Part shown: positions 13,802 to 28,129 of the stretch, in pieces
Layout: every line of letters begins with the position of its first letter
Position numbering within the stretch: the stretch's first letter is position 1
NCBI RefSeq assembly: GCF_006345805.1
Contig: NC_043005.1
Span: 94,798,001-94,862,000, forward strand
From: Octopus sinensis
Lineage: Eukaryota
Reading direction: 5' to 3'
Length of the DNA stretch: 64,000 bases
Notes under the pieces: model-generated
What the model saw: only the letters and a program-made list of their open reading frames with translations
What the model was told of the DNA's origin: nothing
The model's database searches: none
Program-made: the position numbers and the translations under genes

Positions 13802-14010
13802 TAGAAATCCCTCGACTATTGCGGGTGTTACGTTCCAAAACCGCTCACAGAAATAATTAAAATCTAAAAATATATTAATACCTATCGACTGCAGAAACCC
13901 GCGATATACTGGGGAGTCCGCGATATAAATTACCAGATATTAGCTAGAAAAATCTGCGATGTACTGAGTGCTTGATAGGTGAACCGCGATATGTGTGTGT
14001 GTGTGTGTGT

Positions 14011-14048
<38 letters not shown>

Positions 14049-14139
14049 TGAGTGTGTGCAGACAAACATACTCACGCTCACACATATATAAGTACACACA
14101 CATTTATATACATGCATAGACATAGATATATATTATTAT

Positions 14140-14540
14140 GAGTTGCTGTATGGTAAGTAGCTTGCTTACCAACCACATGGATCCGGGTTCAGTCCCATTG
14201 CGTGGTACCTTGGGCAAGTGTCTTCTACTATATCTTCGGGCCGACTAAAGTCTTGTGAGTGGATTTGGTAGACGGAAAGGGAAAGAAACCTGTCGTATAT
14301 ATGTATATGTATATATGTGTGTATGTGTTTTTGTGTCTGTGTTTGTCCCCCTCAACATCGCTTGACAACCGATGGTGGTGTGTTAACGTCTTCGTAACTT
14401 AGCAGTTCGGCAAAAGAGACCAATATAATAAGTACTAGGCTTACAAAGAATAAGTCCTGGGGTCGATTTGCTCGACTAAAGGCGGTGCTCCAACATGGCT
14501 GCTGTCAAAATGACTAAAACAAGTAAAAGAGTAAAAGAGT
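14140..14540 (+). mobile_element. tRNA-derived SINE family A, near full length
   Basis: Head GGTAAGTAGCTTGCTTACCAACCACATGG...GGGTTCAGTCCC, internal AT/GT tract, tail (GAGTAAAA)n. Confidence 0.85.
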
Positions 14541-15166
14541 TATCATGTCACGATCATCATCATTATCAGCAGCAGCAACTACATCATCGCCATCATCATT
14601 GTCATCATCGCCCTCGTCGCTCATGTTGTTGTTTTTCTTCCTCCTCCTCCTCCCCCTCTTCCTCCTCCTCATCATCTTCATTAGTATCATTGTCTTCATC
14701 GTCGTCGTCATCATCATCATCATCATCATCATTGTCATGGAGGGCCATGGAGTGGGACGCGTAGATATACTTAGTTGGAGTTGTAGCAATCATAAACAAT
14801 GCGGCCTCCATGCCATCTCATGCAGAAGAACCAAATATTTTTAACCTAATGACCTCTCGACCTGCTAGAAGTAGTCCCGAAATTCTTTTCAACTTAGGCA
14901 CTATTGTCATTAAAAAACCGAATAGCATTTGATCACAAAGTCTTATCCATCCATCAGTCCATTCACAGACACACACACACATATACACACATACATGCAC
15001 AAGTGTGGTTTTGGGTTCAGTCCCATTAAGCGGAAACCTTGGGTCTTCTACTACAGCGCCGTTGTTATGTTTTCATTATTCTGTGTAAATGTCCTTTCTT
15101 TTTTATTTCAAATTCTTCAGTTTTGAGGTGAAACACGCTAATAGCGTCTCTCCCCCTCTAAGAACA

Positions 15167-15880
15167 ATGAGACGTGGAAAAGGCCTTAACGATGAAGAAA
15201 AGTCTGTTATCATCAAGGAAAGTGCTAAAGGCACCTCTCTTCATGTCATTGCGGAGAAGTTAGGTTGTCATGTGGACACGGTTAGGCGATTTCTGAAGGG
15301 TCCTTCGCCAAGGAAGAAACGATCCAATTGTGGGACCTTCAAAACTGTGATAGCTAGAGATTTAAGGAATTTTGGCCGCAAGTTACGTGGGAAACATGGA
15401 CAAGCAAGCAAAGCCATTTTCACCGCTTCCGGATTCCTCATGTACAGAAAACCACCACAAATTGCATCCTCGGGACCATGGCTTCCGTACGAGAACCCCT
15501 GAAACTGCCTCCTTTAACAGGAGTTTGAGACTTCATTGGGCCCAAAAGTACATGACGTTTGACATGAGTTGTGTTCTGTTCACTGACGAAACCAGGGCGA
15601 CCCTCGGCGAACCTGATTGTTGGGCAAATAGTTGAGTCTGTTTTGGAGATGAGCGTCGCCAACGTTTACGACGTCAACAACAGGGTGGAGGAGTCGTGTT
15701 ATGGACTGGTATCATTGTGGACAGATTTATTGGCCCAGTCAAGGTACCTGAAGGGGCTAAAGTGACCACAGCTGTCTACTGCAATCTCCTGAATGAGGTC
15801 TTGGATCCCTGGCCAGATGACATATTGCTGTCATTTCTAAGGAATCTCGTATTCATACTGAAAATAGCAGCAAAACCTCC
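15167..15880 (+). pseudogene. Tc1-like transposase remnant, frameshifted and 3'-truncated
   Basis: HTH region (IAEKLGCHVDTVRRFL), LRLHWAQKY...VLFTDET (first catalytic D), MLWTGII...FIGPVKV...VYCNLL. Confidence 0.8.
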
Positions 15881-16564
15881 AGAAAATTTCAGCCTTCCAT
15901 ATTGAAAAGGAACATGTTAGATATGTGTTATTGTATTAACTTCATATAGGAATAAATACAGATGGGCACGGCTGGAATGCTTTTTGTCATACTGAGGTCT
16001 GTTTGATTAAGACTGACCTTGGACTTGGCAACACGACTGGTATTTTAAGTAAGTGAAGTGAAATAACACGATAGAGATGGAATCAAACGTGACCTACAAT
16101 GCACTTTTATATACCTTAGGGGCCTACCAAAAATCACTATTGATTTTTAACACTGAAACAAGATTTCAAATGACGTTGTAGGGTGAATATAATTGTACTT
16201 GACTGGCACATTACTTTATAGATCCCGGAAGGAAAAAACAAATGGAAAGTTGATCTAAACATGATTTGAACTCAGAATGTACAGTGTATGTAACTAAATA
16301 TCAATATGTGTTTTTAGCGATGTTATATAAGCCATTCTGCTAACCCAATGTTGCATGCACGACATTTACATAGCATTATGATAAAAACAAAATGTCTACT
16401 AATTATTTATCCCGGCGGCCAATCAAATCCCACACACGCTCTCCATTTTTCTCTTTCTAACTCTCTTCCATTCTTCCTCGCTTTCTCCCTTTTTTCTGTC
16501 ACTTTTTTCTCTCTTACGTCAATGTCTTTTTGTCTTGTTCCTCTTTCCATGCCTTTAAAGCTAT

Positions 16565-16744
16565 TAACAGCAGTAACAACAACATTGTGATCCAGGTAGC
16601 AGCAGCAGCAGCAGTAGTAGCAGCAGCAGCAGTAGTAGTAGTAGTATAGTAGTAGTAGTAGTAGTAGTAGCAGCAGCAACAGCTACAGCAGCAGTATTAG
16701 CAACAGCATGAGTAGTAGCAACAATAACAGCAGCATGAGTTGTA

Positions 16745-16784
<40 letters not shown>

Positions 16785-17004
16785 GAGGAGGAGGAGGAGG
16801 AGGAGGAGGAGGTAGCGGTTGTGGTGGCTGGCGGGGAGAAACAGCAACCAGCAGCATGTGCAGCTGCAGTAACAGCAACGTTTGCAGCAACCGTGACAAA
16901 TGCAGCCGCAAAGCCAACAGTGAAAGATACCTCAGCAGCAGCAGCTACATCAGAGACAGTCAAACAACTCAGTATTGAGTAGCAATAACAGTGATTATTA
17001 CAAC

Positions 17005-17044
<40 letters not shown>

Positions 17045-17059
17045 AGAGCAGCAGCAGTA

Positions 17060-17091
<32 letters not shown>

Positions 17092-17144
17092 AGAGCATCA
17101 GCAGTAGAGTAGTAGTAGTAGTAGTAGTAAGAGCAGCAGCAGTA

Positions 17145-17179
<35 letters not shown>

Positions 17180-17216
17180 AGAGCATCAGCAGTAGAGTAG
17201 TAGTAGTAGTAGTAGT

Positions 17217-17269
<53 letters not shown>

Positions 17270-17395
17270 TAGTAGTAATAGTAGTAGTAGTAATAGTAGT
17301 AGTAGTAGCAGTAGTTGTGGTAAAATCAGGAACAATATAGTGGTGGTAACATGTAATGGCGGCGGCTGCAGTGGCGGTAGCGTTAGGGGAGGAGT
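16565..17395. repeat. Compound (AGT)n/(AGC)n/(AGG)n trinucleotide array
   Basis: Direct read; includes a higher-order repeat at 17044-17230. Confidence 0.9.
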
Positions 17396-18697
17396 AGAAT
17401 GAATGATGCTGTGGTGGGGTTGGCAGTGGTGTTGTGGAAAGTACAATGAATTACTGGATGAAAGAGGAGAATGTGGTAGTCATTATATTGACATCACTTT
17501 CAATAAAATATATAATACACAGATCAACAACACCAGACACACAAACTCATACACATTGAAAGAAAAAAAATTGTTATATTTAAACATTCATATAACATAC
17601 ACGTATATATTTGATTGAAACTTTATGGAAAATGATGGAATATTTCAAATCTATCAATTCATTATTTCATTTTACTTTTCTTTTAATGTTTTCTCCATTT
17701 ATTTATTTCCATCGTTTCCTTGGGTTTCTTTTTATTTTCTTTCCCAAGCTATTTTCTTAATATTCATATCGTAATAGAGGAAGAGTGTTTTTAGACCGCA
17801 AGCTATTGAACAGAAGCAAGATAGTTGGACATGATCAAGTGATTTTGAGGCAGTTTTCGCGTTGTGTCATTTCTCATGTCAAAATCACCCGTGTTATGAA
17901 ACCGAGGTAGGAAAATGTTGAGGCTATGAATACAAAGAGAATCAAACTTGAATGGTTCATAATATGGCTGAAAGAAACAATTTGTGTATGTGCAGGCGAC
18001 TGTGTGAGTGTGTGTCTGTATGTGTGTGTGAAGGTACATGTGCAGGTGAGTGTGTTTGTGTCTGTGTCTGTGTGTATTTGTATGTGTGTCTTGTGTATGT
18101 GTGATTGTAATGTGTGTGTGTGTGTATGTTGTGTGAGCGAAGGTGTGTATATGTGCACGCTCGAACATGCAACCAGACATGCTTTCTCCCACACACATAC
18201 ACACGAACACAAACATATTCACACAGTTGTATACACATATACACTTACACACATGATCTCACACGCATACACCACTGGCAAAGACATTTACATGCATTAT
18301 CTATATGAAAGAAAAGCATACAAGGAAGAAAGAAAGAAAGAAACGAAACGAAAGAAACGAAAGGGGGCAAACAAGAAAAGGGAAAACGAAAGGATCGAAG
18401 AGAAAAAACAGATGAGACACTACTATTTTGTTCATTATGTGATATTATGTATTATATGTATTACATCATATATATTATATCATCCTCTCCAGATCGATAA
18501 AATAAAGTACCAGCCTAATAGTCGGGTCAATATAATTGATTGTTGCTTCCTCGCCATCGAAAGATTTCTGGTCTTGTGCATGTGTAAGAAATTATTATAA
18601 TACTACAACAGTTGGAAAACTTCGGCTCGTGAACCACATGTTCCTCTCGAAGTTGCTATGGCTGACAGAAACAATTTCTCTATGTGCGAGCGGGTGC

Positions 18698-18771
<74 letters not shown>

Positions 18772-18879
18772 ATGAGTGTTGTATGGGTGTTTTGTGATTA
18801 TGTGATTGTATTGTGCGTGCGTATATTGTGTAAGTTTTTGGGTGCTATTTTTTCTGAAACATCATATTCTAGAGATACA

Positions 18880-19240
18880 AGGGCGAAGGAAACTAAGAAA
18901 CAATTTATGATGTAAGAGGGCAGGTTTAAGAAGCTAAAGAAAGCAATGCTATAAATTTTGTCTGATTCATATTCTCATTGATAGCATCAGCGATGGATAT
19001 GCAGTTAGTATAACGTTTGCATTAGATACAACTTCAATGAAAAAGAATTTATTGAACTGCAGGAGGATGAGTTTGAATCTAGTGCTGAGATTTGGTAACA
19101 AATCCTAGAAGCAAATACGCCTAATCTACGGAAACATCCGATACATCTCTGCTTCGGGGATTACGAATTAGTGTAAATCTCTGTGATGAAATTTGTCAGA
19201 TTAAAACATCGCACTATCCTTTGAAATATCTACGCCATTT
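18880..19240 (+). pseudogene. Degenerate hAT transposase C-terminal (dimerisation) remnant
   Basis: Manual translation NEKEFIELQED...AEIW*...PNLRKH...ISVMKFVRLKHRTIL resembles the hAT C-terminal FSxMKxxKSKxRS motif; in-frame stops. Confidence 0.45.
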
Positions 19241-20329
19241 TAGCATTTTACCAGATGGATTTTAAAGTATTAGCTAAAAAAAAATTAAGACTCTTCAACA
19301 AGTAGAGATTAATCAATTTTCATTGGTGAGTATAACTAAGTTGTTGAATTTTTAAATATCTGTAATTTAAAGAAAAAAAAATAATTTTATACCTCATTTA
19401 TGTAGAAAAGTCAAATCACATATGTCTCATTTTCTGAAGCAACATGCCATGAATGCCCGTTACGCAGAGATAAACACAAAGGTGCGTTCCCCATCCACAA
19501 ACATGTATACTTATATACATATAAACACACATACATACAAACACACATACATTTATAATATATTAAAAATGAACTTCAATCTTTTCTATCTTGCTTGCTT
19601 GCAATGTTACACAGCCAAACTGGCGCATAATAGGAAATACTATGAATTAAGATTCTCCTGAAATGTGAATACAAATGGAATAAAACAAGTTTCGTGTAAA
19701 TCGGACAACTGGTTCTTGAGGTATTAGGGGCTTTGGGGGTATAAATGCCCAAAACGGTACATAATGGGAAAATACTCCGAAAATAACTTAATCCTGAAAA
19801 GGGAGAAACTCTAACCATTCGATTAGACATATTAGTGGCTTTAACTTGCCAACGAAAATATGCGAGTTGTTTTTTACAGTAAATGTTTTTATTTTCGCTT
19901 TTGCTAAACACAATATTTTAATCATTTAGAAATATTTTTAAGTGAATGTGATTTCAAAAATGTAAGTTATTTGAACAGTAAGTATTTATATTTTAGCTTT
20001 CTTTAAACAGACAATATTTTAATGTTTTTTAAAAATTATTTGAATTCCATTACGATTTTTTTTTTGGCATATATAAAAAATATTCTAGAGTGAAAATTAC
20101 TTTAAAAATACGTAGAACAGGAGACAAGAAAAGGACAGATAAAAAGTCAGAATGAAGAAAGAAGTAGAGTTTTAGGGAGGGAAAAAGAGAGAAAGAGAGT
20201 GGGAGGAAGGCAAAAGTGGGGCCAAGAAAGAGAAAGAGACAGAAATAGACGTCACACAAAAAGTATTTTATAAATGAGTAAGAAAAATTAAAAAAGATCA
20301 AAGATCCTTTACGAGCCATGCGCTTATAA

Positions 20330-20545
20330 GGCCGGTTATTCTGGATTCTGTGATGTATATATTCCTCAATTGGTTGGGACGCCGATCCGTTGCAGGATTG
20401 CCCCTTTTTGCTAGCTGAGTGGAACGCAGTAACGTGAAATGGAGTGTTTTTCTCAAGAGCACGACACATCATCCGGTCCAAATATCGAAAAAACAATTTT
20501 ATCATCATCAGTTCAACACCCTAGCCACTTAGCCACGAACCTCAA
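20330..20545 (-). mobile_element. SINE family C fragment
   Basis: GTGAAATGGAGTGTTTTTCTCAAGAGCACGAC...CACCCTAGCCACT matches 52540-52626; tRNA-like head on the minus strand. Confidence 0.5.
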
Positions 20546-20641
20546 CATGCATGTGAGTGTGTTTACGTGTGCGCGCGTGTGTGTGTATGCATGTGTATAT
20601 ATATGCGTGCGTGCATTTGTGTGCATGTATGTTCATGTATG

Positions 20642-20680
<39 letters not shown>

Positions 20681-21106
20681 TTATGAATATATATATATAT
20701 TTCAATGCATGGCCTTGTGTCAATGTGAGAAATCAATATAGATATTTTGGAAATAGTCGCAGCCTTGAGATATAAAAATTTACTTGAAATATGAAAATAT
20801 TGGAATCACTCCAAAGCACAGAAATACCCGATATTACTCTACTCTGTAGTACTCCACATCACTGAAGTCTATCACACCACATGATATCTATAAATTATAT
20901 TACTACAGTTCATTCTAGTACTTCATACACAAGTATGTTATATCATAAAATGCTACACATACATGGAAAAAATCTATATATAACATTTCGTTAATATTTC
21001 GTCTATCCATCGCTCTCTCACTCTCATTCTCTACTCTTTCCCCTGTCTCTGATACATAAAAACACTCTATACAACTTGCAACTGTCAGTCTGTCCGGCTC
21101 TCTGTC

Positions 21107-21143
<37 letters not shown>

Positions 21144-21474
21144 TGTACATTCAAACACATACGAAGTATCCATCATAGGATTCCTTGCACGCTAGAAAAA
21201 ACAGTTAAATTCCAAACCACTATTAGGGATAAAATTTCGAAGGGAATGAAAAATAAAAACATTTACCATCTAACTCCTGGACCAATGGTTTCAGATTTTT
21301 TAGCAAATAAAATAATTTGCTAGGCGAAGTCTTCTCCAGCAGGTACACCTTAGATTAAATATATATATACGAGGCAACACAATATATGCCCCGTGTTTAT
21401 ACATTCTAGTTATTCAAATCTACCGCGCAAGCGCAGCTCCTTGTCGGCAGTAAATAAAAGATATAGTCTATTGA

Positions 21475-21529
<55 letters not shown>

Positions 21530-21795
21530 TTTATTTGACTGATCATTTACAACCTGCATGATGTTTAATCTGGAGATCACCACAGCTACATGAAGATTGT
21601 TCAGAGTATAAATGTTAACTTCCATTTTATACCCTGAACAATCTAAATACAGCTGTGCCGTTCTGTAACTTAAACAACTTTCATGTCGTAAGTAATCTCC
21701 AAAATATTAATAGTGCTCTCTACCGCTAAAAGCATGGTGTACGCTTTGATGTTATGCCTTAGCTTTATGACTAAGCATGCCTGTTTTATATATAT

Positions 21796-21841
<46 letters not shown>

Positions 21842-23881
21842 GGTAGGTAGGTAGGGAGGGAGAGGAAGCTCGAGAAAGAAAGAGAAGGAGAGAGAGAGAA
21901 ATCGGAAGAGTGAGAACAATTTATATATATTTGACAATAACAGCTTTGGCTATGTAAAAATTTAATGTTCCTTCTTTGTTTTAAGAAAGACATAGAAAGT
22001 ATTTCTCTTATGTTTCGCAAGATTTTTGACATAAAATCGTAAGTTGAAGCAGAAGTTGTCACTCAATGGGAGGTTCATATTTACCAATAAAATCATACGC
22101 GAGTTATATATTAGAATAGATAAGAGTAAATGAAGCTACAGTTCGTGACAAAAGACTTTGACTAACCAACGGATTGGTTTTTTGGTCAAGCGAGGAATGA
22201 AAAGATTAATTAATTAATTAGTTGTCTAATTAAGTAAGAATTTAAAACAATTGAAATATAACTGATATTTGTGTTTTCATTGACAAAATGAGCCTTCCAA
22301 AATATGGTGATGTAATATTTATCCCCACTTAAACGGCAGTGTTCTATTAGAAAAACTTTACTACGGTAGTTGCCATCAGAGAGACTCTTACATTGGCTTT
22401 TTAGTGCAAAATATACTCCGCTACCTCCAACGCCATGACCACCTGATCCCGTGATTTCGACCTTGTTTGGTCTTGTCAATGGTGGACATCCGACCGTTAG
22501 AGACAGCAACGATTCATCTCCCCGCCAGTAATATATCGCTTGACAGTGCCAGAAGAGGCGCATGTATCGCGATTAGGCAGTTAGCTTATTGAAAAATATA
22601 TATTAGCAGCGACAGAACATCCACGTTTAAGCGGAGATAAATATTATCTCTCTGTATTAATGCTGCCTCCGTCGCTAATATATTGTTCTTCCAAAATATA
22701 GAAACTCCAGAAAAGTTGAGAGAGAACAAGAAATTATTGCAATAATAACGATCTCAGCCTGAATAACTGCTGTTCTTCCCGGTAGAAATTAAATATATAC
22801 ATCTTCATTATTTCATCATTGTACTGATAATTTCATTATCAACTCTTTTTAAATTTGAGAGTCAAACGTTTGGTATATTTGAAAGCTACTACATATCAAA
22901 TATATAGCGAAATTTACCATATTATTTCACGACACAGCAGATAGATAATCTATAATATGTTAGAAAATTTGACCCTTCCGTGAAAATTCTATCCATTCTA
23001 AACAAACATTTTACGTAATGTGTTTTAAACTTACAAATCATACTTTGATCAAATGGCTGACCAAGCAGTGTAGTATTTAATCTTAAGAAAAGAAATTTAA
23101 CAGTCTAGTATTCTACATCTCAGGGATGTGACTGAGCTTTCTCTGTTAGTAAAAAAAATTGAAATTAATGTTATTCTCTCTTGTAAAAAATTCAGTCTTA
23201 AGAATAAATTTGTGATAAAACTACTTTTGAAATTGTCATTAAAGTGTTGATTTTTTTTCTTGCAAATCAGTGAATCAGGAGCGTATTCTTCTTCAATTCA
23301 TTTATTGCATGGGAATTAAAAACCCTATTAATTAAAAAATGGTTTCATTAAACATTCACCTAATGCATTACAGTATCATAATAATGTGATTCAGTCTTTT
23401 GATGTTTTGAGTTTGCTGACAGCTTTATTTTATATTATTATTTTACTTATTATTATTTTACTTTTTTCATCCCCGAATCAAGTCTCTTTGGCATATATTA
23501 TTTTAGAAAGGACAGGTATAACCAGTTTTAAGTATCTGTTAAAAAAATTTGAATTTTCTTCAATTCATTCAACTTACCTTGGCACAAATTCTTCAGCTCT
23601 TTTCTTATTGCTTGATATACTTTCACCATGAAATGTGTCTTTATGCTGGTTGCTTCGATTTAAATATTTCTCAAGCCATCTGAAAATCGGAGTATAACAG
23701 AACTTTTTCTATTGCTTCCGTAAAGCAAATAGTATCAGATATAAAACTCAACACGTAGTGTGGGGGAGATAAGATATTTTATTATATTAAATTTAGATAT
23801 TCTACTCTGAGTTTCGCCCCAAGCTCTGCTGTTCGCGACTATCATATATACATGTGTGAGTGTATATATTAGAGATAGATA

Positions 23882-24044
23882 AGTTTCTTTATTGGCCACA
23901 CAGGGCTGCACACAGATGGGACAAGTTACAAGGTAGAGCTTTTCTTTTGGGGGATGAAAAAAAACAAAAACAAAAGAAAAAAAACAAAAAAGGGGTGGCG
24001 TAGGTTTTCGATCAAGAGGGATCGTAAAAGGGAAGAAAAGAACA
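23882..24044 (-). mobile_element. 163-bp 5'-truncated 3' end of the (TATC)n-targeting Tx1 family
   Basis: Nearly identical to 46644-46805; sense-strand 3' junction AATAAAGAAACT|TATCT; (GATA)n begins at 24045. Confidence 0.92.
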
Positions 24045-24123
<79 letters not shown>

Positions 24124-24305
24124 CATACATACATACATACATACATACATACATACATACATACATACATACATACATACATAGACACACATATTAGGCA
24201 AAATGTAAAATAGGATACAACACGAGTGAGATAAGTTTTAAACAGATGTTGAATTAGCTTAAAGAGACATGCACATCTATATGCACGAATGTACGCATAC
24301 AGACA

Positions 24306-24404
<99 letters not shown>

Positions 24405-24789
24405 TATCAACACATACCCAATGCAAAGACATACAAAACACTGACACGTGTACTTGCACATTTACTTCAGTATTCATGGTAATAATATCTGCCTCTACAC
24501 ATTTTTCTACACGGTCATGTGTGCACGTAAGGTTATATATACTGAATTCCTTAAAATGCCCTTAAGGAAATTCAACAAAACGTGTTTCTCGTGCGATTTC
24601 CATTCTGCTCGCTATCATGCACCTCAGAATTTCTTTGTATGTGTGTGTGTGTGTGTGCGTTTGTGTGTGTGTGTATGTGCGCGTATGATTACGTATTCTT
24701 GTGTATATATATGCATGAGCATTTTTACGCATATGTCTAAATGCGAATGAATGTGTTTGTGTTTGTGCATGCGTATGTGCGCGTGCAAA

Positions 24790-24831
<42 letters not shown>

Positions 24832-25779
24832 GCACATACATATATATGTATATACATACATGCATACATACATCATACATGCATATATATATATGCATGC
24901 ATGTGCGTGTGTGTGTGTGTATTATAGATATATGCGTTTTGCGCACGTGACATTTTGACCTCTGTGTGTATGCTTGTTGATTCAACATGTACATTTACTC
25001 TGTCTTTGCATGTGTATGTGTGTCATGTATGCATGTATGTATGTATATATGTATAATGTATGCATGTGTGTACATATGTATGTAAATATATATATGTGTA
25101 TATATATATATATATATACGTATGTATGTATGTATGTATGTATGTATGTATGTATGTATGTATATATATATATACACACATACACACACACGTGTTCTAT
25201 TCTTCCTGTACGTATGGCAGACATTGTTATCATTATTGAATGCGTGTGTGGTTGTTAACTGGAAACAGCGACAAGTTAGATCGTTAGAAATATCACGATA
25301 CATTGAAGAGGCCGTCCATATGATCAGTTGAAATGTTAGATATAGCAGTAAAATTTTCGTTACATCACACCTTATCGTCTTTAAAAAATGATATCCAGGA
25401 CTACATATATGATGTAATAACATCTACATGATACTTGGAAAACGACGAAGGGTTGGTCATTAATGACATGGTTTTGACAGTAGATCTCTTCATTCAAAAT
25501 TGACCTGGAATTAAAAAGCAGGAGTAACAACAACACTAAGAACAATAGATAAAGGCTTGCACCTTGCCATCCAACAGTTAGGCACCTTAGGCTAGAAATA
25601 GTTATCAAATTCCCTCATCACACTCGAATCTATTTGAAAAGGAAGTACACAATAAATAAATATTGTAGCGTTAGATATGCAAAAAGACGAATCGCCTTTC
25701 GCCAAATGTATACCCGATCCGGCCTAAATTTGATGATTTTTTTTTATGCCTCCTTCTTTCAAAACAGCTTAACGTAATG

Positions 25780-26596
25780 GTGAACAGTCAACGGCGTTGG
25801 AGAAGATAAAGATTAAGATTATAATTCAGAAGAGGTTAGCTAACGTGGAGGACGGAAAGCCATCCGAATACTGGAAAAGAATTGCATGTATCATGATTCT
25901 GGCCGGTTATTAAAATGTCGACTTCATGAATGCTGTTCAATGCTCTGTGGACACTGTAACGACTATGAAACATTATATGGACAGCTGCAACGGAGACTAT
26001 GAAGCCGTGGCCAGCAGGACATTCTGACTGCGTTCACACGCCGAAATTCATCATCATCTCTTTGGAAAGGCCTTAAGCTCAATTCAGATGGCTATGTGAT
26101 ACTACTGGAGACTGTGGCTGGTTAATTTCTGGCTGGAGAAAGTTGATACTGGACGCCCATATGTGTGGCAGCAGGATTCGGTTCCTTACCATACATCTGG
26201 AAAGTTTCAGAAGTGATTACCGGAGAATTTCTACGACTTCGCCGCCTCAATTTCTGGCCTCCTAATTCCCCCGACTTTAATTCTATGGATTACTGAGTGG
26301 AGTGCGGATGAGAAAGACACCAATCACTTTGCCTGCAACACTAAAACCAAGCTGGTAGTGAAGATCAGAATGGCCCAAGATCTTCTCAGGGAAGGTCTTA
26401 CACATGCGCCAGGATCCGGAGCCATGTTGAAACCGTTTTGGAAGCTGTAGGTGACTACTTTGAGTAAACTGTTATCTCCAAGCCATAATCTAGTTAGATA
26501 CTTTTTGACTTTTTAAAGCATTTCTATTTTTGGATGGCCTGTTTTGTTTTCTTTTCCTTCTATACAAACTGTCAAAATTAGCCCGAATGCACTGTA
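25780..26596 (+). pseudogene. Tc1/mariner superfamily transposase remnant (maT/DD37D-like)
   Basis: YVWQQDSVPYHTSGK and NFWPPNSPDFNSMDY; right end CCCGAATGCACTGTA (reverse complement TACAGTG...). Subfamily is an inference. Confidence 0.7.
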
Positions 26597-26928
26597 GTTC
26601 ATACATACATACGTAAGCCTATATTCATGCATACATTTATGCTTACGTGCATTTGTTCATATGTGCATACATGTAGGCATAAATACATAAATTCACTATT
26701 AACTGTTAAGATTATCTGCTTAGTAGTATTGTCGTGTCATGAAGATGATGACAGATTTATTGATTGTAGTGAACAACGAATGCATTCAAATGAGATATTA
26801 GCTCCATTTCTTACTTTTAAAAATATCATTTATTCCACTCAATATATATGTATATATATACAACTTATAAACAAGGGCAAAAGAAAATTATTTCTATGCC
26901 AATATGCTGATAACAGACTTTTAAATCG

Positions 26929-27045
<117 letters not shown>

Positions 27046-27060
27046 TATATATATATACAC

Positions 27061-27380
27061 ACGAGAATTTAGCATTTATCACGACAACTGTTTCGACACA
27101 TCTAGCATCGATTTCTCATGGGTGGGAAACTCAACAATTGGTCCAGGAGCATCCGGTGGTGCAAATGTATCTCGTCGGGTGATAAATGAATACAACTCGT
27201 TGAAATAACAGTTCCGCGATGCAACTTTCTACAAAGCGGGAAGTTACATTGCGGAACAGTTATTTCAACGAGTTGTATTTATTTATCACCTGACGAGATA
27301 CATCTGCACCGCTGGATGCCCATGAGAAATCGATGCTAGATTATTCGAAACAGTTGTTGTGATTAATAATAAATTCTCGT
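27061..27380. mobile_element. 320-bp fold-back (palindromic) MITE-like element
   Basis: Arms ACGAGAATTT...GTTCCGCGATGCAACTT and AAGTTACATTGCGGAAC...AAATTCTCGT are reverse complements over most of their length; ~30-bp indel; TA-rich flanks. Confidence 0.75.
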
Positions 27381-27408
27381 ATATTTCATCTTTCGTCTTT
27401 CGTTTGCC

Positions 27409-27447
<39 letters not shown>

Positions 27448-27666
27448 GATGGTGTGATGTGGTGTGGTGTGCATGTGTGTGTGCATATGTGTGGATAGAT
27501 AAATAGATAAATTGATATATTGATTGATAGGTAAGTAGGTAGGTATGTACATAAATAGTAAGATTGAAAGTTAAATAGATAGATAGACACGCAGACTGAC
27601 ATATATGCAGGCAGACAGACAGACAGACAGACAGGCAGATAGATAGATAGATTGATAGATAGATAA

Positions 27667-27847
<181 letters not shown>

Positions 27848-28129
27848 ACTTTTTATTGTAGCCACACAGGGCTAAACACAGAATAAAAATGGACGAAATA
27901 CAATGTAGAATTTTTTCTTTTCGAGGTGGGATGGGTGGGGCACAAAAAATGTTTGATCAATAGGGATCTGTGGGTTTTGTGGTGTATAAAAAAGCAATAT
28001 ATATATATAAGGTTCACAGTTTAGGTGTAGCCTTGGAAAGAAAAACCTACAAAAAAGACCAAGGTCACCTCAGGCAGTTCGAAAATGAACACATGAATAA
28101 GTCGCCTTACTTCTCGTTGTCTCTTTTGG

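Noticed and set aside
22210-22563. 117-aa ORF in unique, GC-richer sequence
   Set aside because: No recognisable motif; plus-strand alternatives contain stops.
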